Positions 47,385-58,907 of a stretch of DNA of 64,000 nt are shown piece after piece; the first letter of the stretch is position 1; the number at the start of each line of letters is the position of its first letter. The notes beneath the pieces are model-generated. The model worked only from the letters and a program-made list of their open reading frames with translations. It had not been told where the DNA came from and did no database searches. A program made the translations under genes and the position numbers. Source of the stretch: Leidyana gryllorum EB-2025a (taxonomy: Eukaryota > Protista > Apicomplexa); the NCBI GenBank assembly GCA_048772705.1, contig JBLWGC010000208.1, forward strand, positions 186,001 through 250,000, written 5' to 3'.

Positions 47385-49683
47385 TTACACAGCTGTCGCT
47401 GGTGTCCAGGCTGGATCGGTCTGACCGCGATGGCTCCTGCGACGGCTGGAATGTGAACCATTCTCTTCATCGGACGAGTGCTCGTCACCGTCTCTACGCC
47501 GTCTGGAGATCCTATCTCTACGACATACTCGTGGTATTTTATGCCGTCTCCGAGGCCGGGAGCGCTTCAAAAAGCGTACGATGGCGTCCCTGAAATTCCG
47601 AGTGCGTTGCTCAATAACGTCATCGAGCTGAGTAACGAACCACTCAGGAAGTGGCGGGGAACAATCCTTGAATACTTCTTGTATGATATGGTCTCGGATC
47701 TGGATACGAGCCGGTTGCTCGTAGAACCACGCGGATTCAGAGTAGAGAAGGAGTATGAGTATCTGCGGTGGGGAAGTAAAGATGCAGTGTGTATCACTAC
47801 GCGACACTTACTTTATTGATGATCGAAATCATTACGGCCTCGAAGTCGGATTTGACTTGCGTAAAGTTGTCGAGGAGACGACTAAAATTGGGCCGACCTA
47901 AAGCGTCCAAAGCTTTGTTGTCGGCGAGCGAGAGAGGAATGATGGGGAGCATTCCGAGTTTGTTTATGGATCTTCTGACATCTCCAGCGGTCAACGTCGG
48001 TACCACAGCGAGAGGACGGATTTGTTGCTGGTATTCTGTTGACTGAAGAGTGAAGAGATCAGTCATAGCTGACAGAATGGCACAAATCTCATTATATTCC
48101 TGTGCGTTCCGAGGAAAAGGGTGATTGCCGGAAGCCTCCGCAGGGTTATCGCTCAAAGGTGGTATCTTGGGCTCCTTGGTCCCCGGTGCAAAGGTTATGT
48201 GTCGACCTCTAGCTTTGATCTGCTCGATCTTCACTTTTACCTCTGCTTTATCGTTGCTACCCTTCTGCCGTGCATCCGCGGTGCCGACAACCTCAACTCC
48301 ACCACCATCGTCCTCCTGTAACCTAACCCGCGTCCGCATTCTACTATTCGCCACGTTTGGTGGCGGCATGTCGTCCGGCATGTCGTCCGGACGTCTCGTC
48401 AATATCCCCTTTGCTGGCTTGAAATGGAGGTACATAGGCGCCAACTTGATGAGATCCGCTGGTTCACAGACTTTGGGCGGAGCTTCGGTCACCGTCGAGC
48501 GCACAGAGTCACCATCGGAATCTATGTCCACCAGTCGTGCTGCCCGTGGGTCAGCCGCAATCAGGGATCTGATCTCCGAGCTGCTACGGGGAGAGACTGG
48601 AGGAGTGCTATATGGGAAGTCCGGTGGGAAGTATTGATCCGCAGTGTCGAGCTGCGATTGATAGCAATGCATATTGACGGTGGGGAGATCTTGATAGTCA
48701 ACGATTTCCATCGGGGTGGCAATGCGGGCCCGCACGGTTGGTGCCCCATTGACTCCCTCTATAGTACCGATGACAAGGGCGTCGGTAATGGCCATCGGGA
48801 TTTCGGACCTCACTGAGAATCGAAGTCCCTGGGGCCCCCATATGTGCATGAGATGCTGTCCATCACCGACTACCGGAGCTCCGGTGCGAGACCTATCGAC
48901 CTGGAGGTGAGACATGGGAGCGACATTGTTGGTTTTGGGTGCGGTGGTGGATCGTCCGCGACTCGACCGATCGGTCTTTGTCGACCGGGCGGGATCTTCG
49001 TCGGTCTGATCAATCGGGGAGAATGGAGGTGGTTCCAAGGCGAAGGAAGGTGAGAGTTCTGCAGCAGAGGGAGGCAGTGGCATTTCCTCCATCGCATTCT
49101 CGTTCGGTTCTTCATCTTCGAACGTCGGTGACAGACGCGGGAGATCCAGTGGCGGAGGGACTGCCAATTCATCGGAAGACTCTTCAGTTGACTCGCTCTC
49201 GGGGTCCGAGACAATGGTTGGTGCTTGGCTACGGTCGGATCGCACCAATCGATGAGCGAGCGCGCGATGATGATTCCTGTAGATGGTGGCAAAGCGAGTC
49301 AGGCATTCAATGTTGTCACGAGCGCCTGGGAGACTCCTCGACATCCAATTTGTGAATCTTGTGGCAATGCCAAATTCGGGTTGGCGGCTGTCCTCCAGAC
49401 CGCTGGGCTGGGTGAAAATACAGTCATTGTCAGTTCTATCAGAACTCCGAGCTCTCTCCTGTGAGGGTATCGTCTCGAAGACAACATAGTCCATTTTGAG
49501 CAGTTTCCGCACATTGTAGTGGTCTTCGTAGACGTGAGTCGGCAAAGGCGTCCCATCTCGTTTTGAAACCAGAATGCGGAGCAGGAGTTCATAATAGTCC
49601 GAGGGTGGCAGTTGTCGTGGAATGATGAACCCGTCGAGGATCTTTTCCTCGTCACCGACAAATGATCGTTTCCGCTTCCCCAT
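47385..49683 (-). CDS. Hypothetical protein, probably nuclear, 2 exons (intron about 47763-47811)
   Basis: 628-aa ORF spliced via AAA|GTAAGT...CAG to the 47385 ORF. Basic N-terminus MGKRKR and basic C-terminus. Confidence 0.7.
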
Positions 49684-50711
49684 CCAAACTGTCGTTATTA
49701 ATTCCGGAGAAAATTTTTTGGACCACTTCGTGATATCCCAAAGTTATGCCTCTATTGCAGTTGAGGATATATCGGCGACAAACCGATCTTAATCTCTGAG
49801 ATGCATCCTCGCCACCGTAGATCAACCCGTAACGGAATTATCTCCGACACTTTCACGTCAGATCACCATCGACAATATCTTCGTCGTGGCAACCATCTCC
49901 TCCGTCACCTCGTAATCTATGCCGTCTCCCGTCCTCCCGCTGCTTAGGCTGCCTCGTAAGAAAGCCTTCAGTCTGAAATGGACGGGTGCCCGCTTTCAAT
50001 GAATGTACAGAGAGTTTGTTGTCCTTGGTTTCCATGATTTCGACAAAACGAGACACACATTGGCTCAACCTCACCTACTGCCGCCAAGTGCTGAACAGCC
50101 GTCTCCTGGCGTTTGCAGCCTCTATGTGTCCTGTGGTGTACTTTCATCCGCCTCTTTCGGGGAGAATTGACCTTTCCTGTCAGAGCTGAGCTGAGCTGAG
50201 AACATCAATACTGTATCGAAGAGAGATCTGGCTGAAGAGATTAGCTTAGAACGGGGAGGTGGAGAGGGGAGCGTTCCTTCATGTCCCTTCAGCGCTATTG
50301 TAAACCGCCGAGCACTCACAAATTGACCACAGCTTATTCCAGCAGCGAGCCTCGATACCCCTAAATGCGATGCAAGCGAGCTCTCGATGCATTGGCGACG
50401 CCAGTCTGGCTGCCAACAAATTCGAGAGAGTACAAGCTGAAGCAAAGTGGCCAAGCCAGGATTAGGGTGGCCCGAAAAGATGGCGACGCTGCCGACGGCA
50501 TCGGTGAGGTGTCACTACAAAGGGCTATTGGATCGATGGTGGTTTTGATGATATGGAGGGAAGCGACTAAGCCACCGCATCTTTACCAAATGGCTGGCTA
50601 TCTGGACTAAAGGTACTGAAAGTTCGCGTGTCACTTACTTTCAGGACTCGTTCACGTTTTCTTAGTAAAATTCGTGCCCATCCTAACTCAGTGGAGAGGT
50701 TATTCTATTAC

Positions 50712-53547
50712 ATGAAGCCACCCATACTTCATAAGAAACGATGTGCCGAAGGTAGCCCACTCACAGTGGACTTGAAGGTTTTCGCGGCAGCACTGACTGT
50801 GTTGACGCAACCACACACAGACCAGGTGGTCGCAGTACTTTCGGAAAAGAGTTCGCTTCCCTATGACAAGCCAACGACAAACGGTCCTGTTGTATCCAAA
50901 GTCTCCAGGGCCGCCGCTACTGAGTATTGCAATTGGGTACGGGAAGCTGAACGGCTGGCATCTGAGGCCTATCTTCCGATGCCACTTATCGACCGGGAAG
51001 TTGAGTACATGAAGCATTGTTTCGATGAATACCGTAACTGGACGGAGACCATTGAGGGCCTCTCTCAATGGACCCGGGCGGATACGGTTCCTTTACGCCT
51101 TTACAAGGCATGTCGTGTGATTCTTGACCTATGCCGTCGACGAATCCACGACCTTACGATGGCAGATGGCCAACGGGCGCGTGGGAACGACTTGGTGGAT
51201 GCTGTAGCTATCGCACGGTCGTACAATCTCCTCAAAATATGCACCAGCGAAGCCCCTCTATCGCTATGGCAGCCGCTCTGGGAAGACGCGGAGAACGGAA
51301 TTTGGCAGACTTTGAAGATTTCGAAGGACAAAGCTCAAAATGTCAGACATAAGATTTGCCCATACATTCCTTCCTCGGCGATGACCGACTTTTTGCGGCT
51401 CATTACGCTGGAGGAGTGTGGGTCGGGAGAAGCAACGGGGACCCCTGGGGGAAACCAGGAAACTATTATTGTCGAAGATCAAACGTGGGAGAATGCAGTC
51501 ACCTCAACGGACACGTGGCACGGTGCAGAGACATCAGTGGAGACGTGGGAGGATGCAATAATCTCGTTAACTGACGAGACTGGTGATCAGAAGTCAACAA
51601 ATCTACCCATCAACAACTCAAACACTTTCTGGAACAGCGCTTCCATAGAGATTCTGACGTCTCTGCCCCGCGATTCATTCAGAGAGGCTACAGACTACAC
51701 TCTCCCCAAGTTGGAGCGCGGGTCTTTGGCCTGGAAGCGTCGAGCCATCATCCACACCGTCAAGAACGAAGATAGCGAACTGACTTCTCACATCACACGT
51801 GCTGCTGATGTTTGGCCCCGAATTAGGTTGCTTGGCAACAAAGACTCTTGGGTCGACAATATGCTTCACGAGCGAGGGTAAGCCGACGAGAAATAAATAT
51901 TTGTTCACAATGACCTCTCACAGAGTCAATGACCACACTCTGCTGTGGTTGGAAGAGATGCGCGAGCGTATCGTCAACAACACCCAGGAGGATCTCCCCG
52001 TACGATGCGGCTCTCGCATTAAGTATCAAGCAAGACCTCGTGTAGCTCATCGGGACAATCTGCAGCTCGGACTCGAGCCTCTCCTACTAAGAGATGGTCC
52101 AGACTGGGAGCCCCTGACGTTGAACGAGCTTATGGAACAAATTTGGGAAGAAGCAGACAGGGCTAAGGCCAAAGCGACTTTGCGCCCTGCAGAGAAGAGG
52201 TCGGTGCCCAATACTGCTGGCAAGAAAAGTCTTATTCCCATCGCGGTCCGCAATACTGCTGAGAAGAAGGGCGTTATTCCCGTCCCGCCGCGGAGTATCG
52301 CTGACAGGAAGCGCCTTGATCCCGTCTCGGTGCGAAATACTGCTCAGCAGAGGCGCGGTATTCCCGTCTCGGTGCGGAATACTGCGGAGCAAAAGCCCGT
52401 TATTCCCGTCTCGGTGCGGAATACTGCGGAGAAGAAGCGCATTGTTCCCGTCTCGGTGCGGAATACTGCGGAGAAGAAGCCCGTTATTCCCGTCTCGGTG
52501 CGGAATACTGCTCAGCAGAGGCGCGTTGTTCCCGTCTCGGTGCGGAACACTGCGGAGCAGAAGCCCGTTATTCCCGTCTCGGTGCGGAATACTGCCCAGC
52601 AGAGGCGCACTGTTCCCGTCTCGGTGCGGAATACTGCGGAGAAGAAGCGCGTTGATCCCGTCTCGGTGCGGAATACTGCTCAGCAGAGGCGCGTTGTTCC
52701 CGTCTCGGTGCGGAACACTGCGGAGCAGAAGCCCGTTATTCCCGTCTCGGTGCGGAATACTGCCCAGCAGAGGCGCACTGTTCCCGTCTCGGTGCCCAAC
52801 ACTGCCGACGAGAAGCGCGTTGATCGCGTCTCGATGCGGAGTGTCGCTGACAGGAAGCGCGTTGATCCCGTCTCGGTGAGGAGTGTCGCTGAGAAGAAGC
52901 GCGTTGATCCCGTCTCGGTGCCCAACACTGCCGACGAGAAGCGCGTTGATCGCGTCTCGATGCGAGTCGCTGAGAAGAAGCGCGTTGATCCCCTCTCGGT
53001 GCCCAACACTGCCGACGAGAAGCGCGTTGATCGCGTCCAACAGAGCACACTCTCTCTCGAGGACCAAACCAGCATTCTCGACATGTTGGCCAAGGAGTCC
53101 GCCTCAGCCGCGATGAGAAACTCAAGTCACCTCGACACGCCCGACGCGCCGGAAGTTCCACTGAAGTCGACATTTCTTGATGGGGATGTCGTCACGAGAT
53201 CGAAACTACCGGTGAAGTCAGCCTTGCCAGGGGTGGAGCGGGCTGCTAAGCCACGTCGCGCATCGATCCCTCAAAAATCCGACCATGCTGCGTCAGGATG
53301 GATGTTTCAACTGGGAAAAATCTCGACTTTGCCGAGGAAGCGTCTGGAGGATCTGACCACGCTACTGAAACGGACTATTTTATTGCCTTCCAGCGAAGGC
53401 AACCCTCAGTCGAGCGAATTTTCACAGGACCAAGATCAAAATTTATCGCAAACAAAGGTACCCAACCTGTCACCCGCGTCTCAAGATATTGAAGGACGTC
53501 CTTCCAGGTGGTCCCTTGGCCAGCTGACCCCTGTTCTATCATTTTAG
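50712..53547 (+). CDS. Orphan island family member A: leader, Trp-helical domain and 14-aa repeat array (intron 51878-51923)
   Basis: A phase-2 GTAAGC...CAG 46-nt intron fuses track ORFs 50628 and 51799 into one product of about 930 aa. Confidence 0.75.
52201..53037 (+). repeat. 42-nt coding tandem repeat, 20 units (SVRNTAEKKRVxPV)
   Basis: Counted directly: 19 units of 14 aa and one of 13 aa. Confidence 0.95.
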
Positions 53548-53838
53548 TCGTCGTATTCTAGTCAACAGTAGTACAGTTCCTGCCCGCCCAGGATGACTCG
53601 GAAGCTGTTCGTGTCCACCCCACCGAATAGCAAAGATACATGTGGGTCAGTTTATTGTACATTAAATTTTTCGTGGTAATAGCTCGGCTCGACTGTGTCG
53701 CACACCGATTGCAACAGATCATAGAGTCGAATTCTCGCTTTCGAGATTCCGTCCTCCAACACAAATACTGTTTCTCGCATCCGTCCTGGCAGTGGCTTTG
53801 CATCCCCCCCAAATGGTGGGGGTAGTGATGGATGTGGT

Positions 53839-54678
53839 GTGCGAGTCACCGCCACACTGACCTTCACTGCGATGGTTGGAGCACTTCTTCCGCCTACAGA
53901 TGGAGGAGACACTTGTGGTCAGCAGGACAATTCGGTCCGCGCTGAGGAGTCCCTCATTTCTGGGGGACTCTCCCGTCAGTCTGACGCATCGGTGTCTCCG
54001 CTAGAAAGATTGCCTACCGAGGGCTATCGCACCCATTGGTGTGAGGTCCTCCCGTCAAGATCAGACCACAAGACACCGTTGGCGAGACTGCGAGCTTGCG
54101 TGAATATCGAAGAAGCCCGAGACCGGGTGAGAAGGTACAAGTGGCAAAGAGGTGCCGTTTTACGAGGGAGGTTGAATGCTTCGTTCAACTTGGAGCAGAT
54201 ATTGATGAATCGGAAAGGCGAGAACTCGCGGGCGATCATTCCAGATAGCTGGAGAAGCCGACTGCGGATTCTCCATAATTTTGTGAGGAAAAGCTATGAA
54301 GACTACGCTCTGGGAAGCTCTCACTTCCTGATCTTCTTGGGTCAGCTCAGTTGTGATCTTATCGAGAAGATATCGGTCGAGATAGAAGACTTGGATGAGA
54401 AGTCCGATCAGCCAACCTGTATGCGATTGGCCGCAGACTTTCATCATGCTGTATTACTGCACTCTTTGCTCGTGGGTGGCGGCCCTTTGTCGTCCTGGGA
54501 GACTGCGTGGATAGGGGTGGAGGACAAACTTGGGGAGCATTGGCAAACCAAGATCCCCATGTCGCCTCGTTTTGCGTTGCATCATTTCAAAGCCATAATT
54601 GAACTCTGCCAGAAGCTCGTCACTGGCGGAGGATTGAGGGTCGAAACAGAGAGCTTAGCCCCGTGGCAATGGCAATGA
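53839..54678 (+). CDS. Orphan island family member B; start codon uncertain
   Basis: Contains both family Trp motifs. The first in-frame ATG (53872) lies inside the leader-like segment. Confidence 0.65.
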   Translation: MRVTATLTFTAMVGALLPPTDGGDTCGQQDNSVRAEESLISGGLSRQSDASVSPLERLPTEGYRTHWCEVLPSRSDHKTPLARLRACVNIEEARDRVRRYKWQRGAVLRGRLNASFNLEQILMNRKGENSRAIIPDSWRSRLRILHNFVRKSYEDYALGSSHFLIFLGQLSCDLIEKISVEIEDLDEKSDQPTCMRLAADFHHAVLLHSLLVGGGPLSSWETAWIGVEDKLGEHWQTKIPMSPRFALHHFKAIIELCQKLVTGGGLRVETESLAPWQWQ

Positions 54679-55084
54679 AGAGAGAGGAGAACAAAATTGT
54701 GCGGGCTTTGTGTATCAATTCTACTTCAAGCAGAGCCCACGAGATCTAAATCTCGGACGTGGGAGGATTAGAGGACCGACGACAGAAGACGTGCCTAACG
54801 TGCGGGGGGTGAACTTTGCAGAAGTCCCACGTCACTTTCTCAGCACGCAGGATATGCTGTCCGTAGTGAGACGAGCCTCTTTAACTCGTATCTAACTCAG
54901 TTCTAAGTCGTTTCTGACTCAATTCTAACTCGAATGTATCTCAACTAGGAGCACTTTCCAGTGATCCGCTCGTGAGAGGAAGCGTTGCACGACATCTCGA
55001 GCTCGACCTCCTCTTCACGGTTTCTCGTCATATGGTCGGTTAGAATTTTTCGGGCATCGTTCAACTACTTTAAAGAGGGCACGA

Positions 55085-56572
55085 ATGAGAGGACAATGCT
55101 GCGCAGTCGAACATCGTCAAAGCACATCTGAAGCGGATCTTTTGAGGATTGCAACAGTCATTCTCCAGTCGAGTCGGGCGCCCAGTCCCGAATCTTTGGC
55201 TTTAGAGTTCGGTAGCTCTGTGAAAAAGGGGGGGTTCTTCCAGAAGATCCGCAATAGCTTTCGCGGCAGGAAGAACTCTAAATCGTCACCTCGTCAGAAG
55301 CCAGAGAAGGACGCGTTCGGATGGGTTTTCGCTGATTCGCCTGTCAAAGAGAATCAGACTGGTCAGAAAGAAGCTGAATCGAGTTTGCCTACGTCGCACA
55401 TCTACAATGGTGCGCAACCCTGCCCCACATTTGCGTTATCTCGGCCTGAGACCACGTCACAGCCCCATTATCATAACCCACTCGAAGCCGAGTTTGAAGA
55501 GATCGAGCCCGAATGTGAGCTGCGTCGGATCCCATCCCTGATGCGCAGGAATACTGCAAAGAAGGGTGCTGTATCAACGGTTCCCCAGCTACCGACCGTG
55601 GCTGAGAGTCAGACTCAGGAGCCATCGAGCGCCCCGGACTCCGAATATATCGAGCCACATGATACTTTGATTTCTAGGAGTTCTTACAATGAGTACCAAC
55701 AGCCCTACTTCGAAGAAATCCAAACGCGTTTGCCATTGCGGGTGGCGAGCTATGCACCGGTACTGCCCATCCAACACGCAGTCTCTGATGTGCAACTTGA
55801 TGGTCGTCGTGGGATGACCAGAAACGCAGGGTGGGGGAGTGTTCGCAGACTCGCCTCTGAGGATCTCATCCGGAGTACATGGGAGCTTGCCGAGACTGCC
55901 ATTCCAGAAGATGGGGACGCGATGCAGAAATATTCGTCTTCGTTCGAGGTACACGTTGTTTTCCCGACTCCTGAGGATCTGACGAGGAATTTCCAAATGG
56001 AGGCAGCATGGGCGAAGAGAAATTTGGAAACTCACAAACCAACCAGTTGCCCGGAATTCGAGAAGCGCTACGCTGCTTTTCAGTTGGCCTGGAACACCAG
56101 ACCAACGTGGGCAGATAAACTATCTCTTTTGCAGAGTTGGTGTATCGAAGAAAGGAACGTAAACCCGGCGCTGGCTCGCTGGGCATTGCGTTGGATCGTG
56201 ACAACTTGGACTGAGCGGGTGATGTGGGAGATTATTAATTGCAGAGAAGGAAACCCTTTCGGAAGAACAAAGTCCCGAGAGTCAGCCCTCAAAGAGCCCA
56301 CTGAAGCACTGAGAGAGACTTCAACGCTGATGCACACACTTTGTCTATTCAAATTGGCTGCACAGGAAGATGATATCCAGAATTGGGACGCCAAGCGAGA
56401 GGCTTTCCTCGCCGCCTATGGACAGGCTTGGGGCGTAGAGACCTCTGCTGGTGCCCAGTCAATGATTGCGACTCGCTGCGAGAATCTCATGGATCTCGCC
56501 GACACCATTTTCACCAGACTCTCCGAGCAATCTTCTCCCCTGGTAATCCCACACAAATTGCACAGGGGTTAA
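55085..56572 (+). CDS. Orphan island family member C (MRGQCC leader)
   Basis: 495-aa intronless ORF with leader and Trp-helical domain. Confidence 0.8.
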   Translation: MRGQCCAVEHRQSTSEADLLRIATVILQSSRAPSPESLALEFGSSVKKGGFFQKIRNSFRGRKNSKSSPRQKPEKDAFGWVFADSPVKENQTGQKEAESSLPTSHIYNGAQPCPTFALSRPETTSQPHYHNPLEAEFEEIEPECELRRIPSLMRRNTAKKGAVSTVPQLPTVAESQTQEPSSAPDSEYIEPHDTLISRSSYNEYQQPYFEEIQTRLPLRVASYAPVLPIQHAVSDVQLDGRRGMTRNAGWGSVRRLASEDLIRSTWELAETAIPEDGDAMQKYSSSFEVHVVFPTPEDLTRNFQMEAAWAKRNLETHKPTSCPEFEKRYAAFQLAWNTRPTWADKLSLLQSWCIEERNVNPALARWALRWIVTTWTERVMWEIINCREGNPFGRTKSRESALKEPTEALRETSTLMHTLCLFKLAAQEDDIQNWDAKREAFLAAYGQAWGVETSAGAQSMIATRCENLMDLADTIFTRLSEQSSPLVIPHKLHRG

Positions 56573-56887
56573 TCCGTTTTTAAACCCTCCGACATCGTGA
56601 AGGGGGGGGCAGAAGCCTCGCCATTCGGGTCATTGAGGGTTAGTGGTCTCTGTACAGAGCCCTGTCGTTCCACCAAATTGGCGATTTTTTAGGGGCGCGC
56701 TGTTGCTTTGGTGTCGTCGCGTGTTGTTGTCAATGTTACCACCTCAAACTAATTCGATGAAATTTACCAATTGTCACACTCACAGAAACAAGCGACTCCA
56801 ATCTTTCCCACAAACTTTGTACTCTCTCCTCCAGAGAGACCGATGTAAGAAATTTAACTTGTTGTTTCATAAACCTCGCCTTCAAGA

Positions 56888-58633
56888 ATGAGACACCATT
56901 GGAGGCGCGCAGGGCATCAGGATGATCATCTGGAGCCCCACACTTTGACCATTACGACGGCTGTCCTACAGTCACTCCATTTGACAGACCTTCCCACCTC
57001 ATGTTCTGAGTCTTCCGGGTCTTTCTATCAAACCTTCAAGCCAGCCGGGCAGGCCTCCAGTGTTAAGGTTCCAACCGTCACGGCCTCCGGCTTCCGAGTC
57101 TCCCCTGAGCCGACGGGGGAGTCCCCCCATCAGTGGTCGCTGGAGTCTGTTTATGAATCTCAAGAGTCGCTTTCCTACTCCTTTGGTTCTGACTGCTCCC
57201 TACCAGAGACGACAGTGTCCTACAACACTGTTGATTCTCGGTCGTCTCGTCGGCCGTCGTTGGTGTCTAACTTTGGAGACGTGCTCGGCGGCATGAGGAG
57301 ATGTCGAAAGCCCAAGGTGTGGATCGAAAGACCCGCAATGATTCCGTCCTGGGACGGTGACTCGGCATCTTTCGAGTCCGAAATGATGGAGGGCACGATG
57401 AAGCCGGACACCCCCTCGACAGTGGGAACTTTTTTGGAGGCGGGAGCGATTTCAGAGACGACGCCGATGGTGACAAGACGCCGGAATAGAAAGGCACGAA
57501 AGGAACAGAATCAGTCTTGGGTGTACGAATGGGCGGACTTGACGGACAGTTTGAAGCGCACTCCCAAGCTGTCGCTATCCACCATCGAGGAGGTTTCAAA
57601 GAGCTTCAGTAACTGTAAAGTTCCCTTAGTTACCGATTCTGCGGAAGATCTCGGAACGGATTCTTCAGAATCCAAACAGCTCAGAGAGCTGATCGTAGAT
57701 TTCGATTTCGCCATGTTCACTCAGCCAAATTGGGACGGGCGTTTGCAAGTGCTGGACGCCTTTTTGGAAAATTTACCTTCTGTCGAAGTCGAGAAGCGGC
57801 TTCGGGCCTTCATTGGAGATTGGAGTCTGACCACTGTCCGCAGCACCATTGGATTGCTCCGCAATGCAGATCGAGAGGGTCAAAAGACAGAGGCGGCCGA
57901 AACGGCAGAGACGACGCCCGCGATTGCGACTTCCCAGAATGATATCGTAGCGCTACAGAAAGCTTTGATCGCACAACAGAAACTCATAGAAGGGCAGCGA
58001 CGGGCTTGGAGTACACAGAAGTGGGTAGCTGGAGGTGGCGACAACAAAGGCGAGTGCACGGTGGAGACCGCGCTGAAGGAAGTTGAGGAGGCGGTGCAGA
58101 AAGCTTACACCCTGACGAAGTTAAAAGTTGCGGCCGAGGCGTCCGCGAACGGCACCGAAGGTGTGACGATGCCAAGCGAAGCTTCGGAGACGAATGTGAT
58201 GGATGATGAGACTGCTACTGCTGCAACTACTGATCCTGGAGTGGAGGGATTGTATTCTGACTTGCTGAATGGTGTGGTCCTCTTCAAACTGGTAGCGGAA
58301 AATTGCCCATTGCAAGAGTGGAAAACAGAGTGGCAGTGTCTCTCGGATGAGCTCAAGACCGCCTGGGGCGTTGAACCACGAGTCGAAAGTACAGCTTTCC
58401 CTAATGAGTGTCTCGACCGGATCTTCCACTGGGCGGCGTGGGTGGTGCAAACGCCACAACGTAATATTCTGGAGAAACTGTTGGCAGATACAGCCGCACG
58501 AGACCCGGCGGTCGACCGCACCCCACGTGCTCTGTACCGCCCTGCATCGGTGAAGAAGATATCACCTGTACTCTCCGTCCACGAAGACGAGAAGACCGCC
58601 AATGGCTGTCTGAACAAATGCTGTATCAGTTGA
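56888..58633 (+). CDS. Orphan island family member D with C-terminal CaaX-like CCIS
   Basis: 581-aa intronless ORF with leader and Trp-helical domain, ending GCLNKCCIS. Confidence 0.8.
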   Translation: MRHHWRRAGHQDDHLEPHTLTITTAVLQSLHLTDLPTSCSESSGSFYQTFKPAGQASSVKVPTVTASGFRVSPEPTGESPHQWSLESVYESQESLSYSFGSDCSLPETTVSYNTVDSRSSRRPSLVSNFGDVLGGMRRCRKPKVWIERPAMIPSWDGDSASFESEMMEGTMKPDTPSTVGTFLEAGAISETTPMVTRRRNRKARKEQNQSWVYEWADLTDSLKRTPKLSLSTIEEVSKSFSNCKVPLVTDSAEDLGTDSSESKQLRELIVDFDFAMFTQPNWDGRLQVLDAFLENLPSVEVEKRLRAFIGDWSLTTVRSTIGLLRNADREGQKTEAAETAETTPAIATSQNDIVALQKALIAQQKLIEGQRRAWSTQKWVAGGGDNKGECTVETALKEVEEAVQKAYTLTKLKVAAEASANGTEGVTMPSEASETNVMDDETATAATTDPGVEGLYSDLLNGVVLFKLVAENCPLQEWKTEWQCLSDELKTAWGVEPRVESTAFPNECLDRIFHWAAWVVQTPQRNILEKLLADTAARDPAVDRTPRALYRPASVKKISPVLSVHEDEKTANGCLNKCCIS

Positions 58634-58907
58634 CCGATTTTAGGACATCAAAGTGGAACGGGGTGTTGAAGGCCAGACGAAAGGCCATGTAGAGCGGGCC
58701 CCGTACTCTGGGCTGCTCGATGAATAGAAGGTGAGCTTTCTCTGGTCGTCTGCCTCATTTTCCTATCCGAAGCTCGAACGAAGGAACGTAATTAGGAAAA
58801 TGGTTCCACCACTTTGTGCATACACCCCCATTAGCTGTTACGCACGACTTTGCGTTTTTTTTGTGCGGACTCGTTTCGATTTTTGCATTCTTGAGACTAA
58901 TTGTACA

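Noticed and set aside
52201-53037. 42-nt array with conserved cccgtctcggtgcggaatactgc core as a CRISPR array
   Set aside because: The intervening segments are short and homologous to each other, the array is in-frame coding sequence, there are no cas genes, and the context is eukaryotic.
52087-53173. Long antisense and alternate-frame ORFs over the repeat
   Set aside because: They are expected by-products of a stop-free tandem repeat with unit length divisible by 3.
55544-55570. RRNTAKKG in member C resembling one unit of member A's repeat (RNTAEKKG)
   Set aside because: The match is too short to distinguish from chance.
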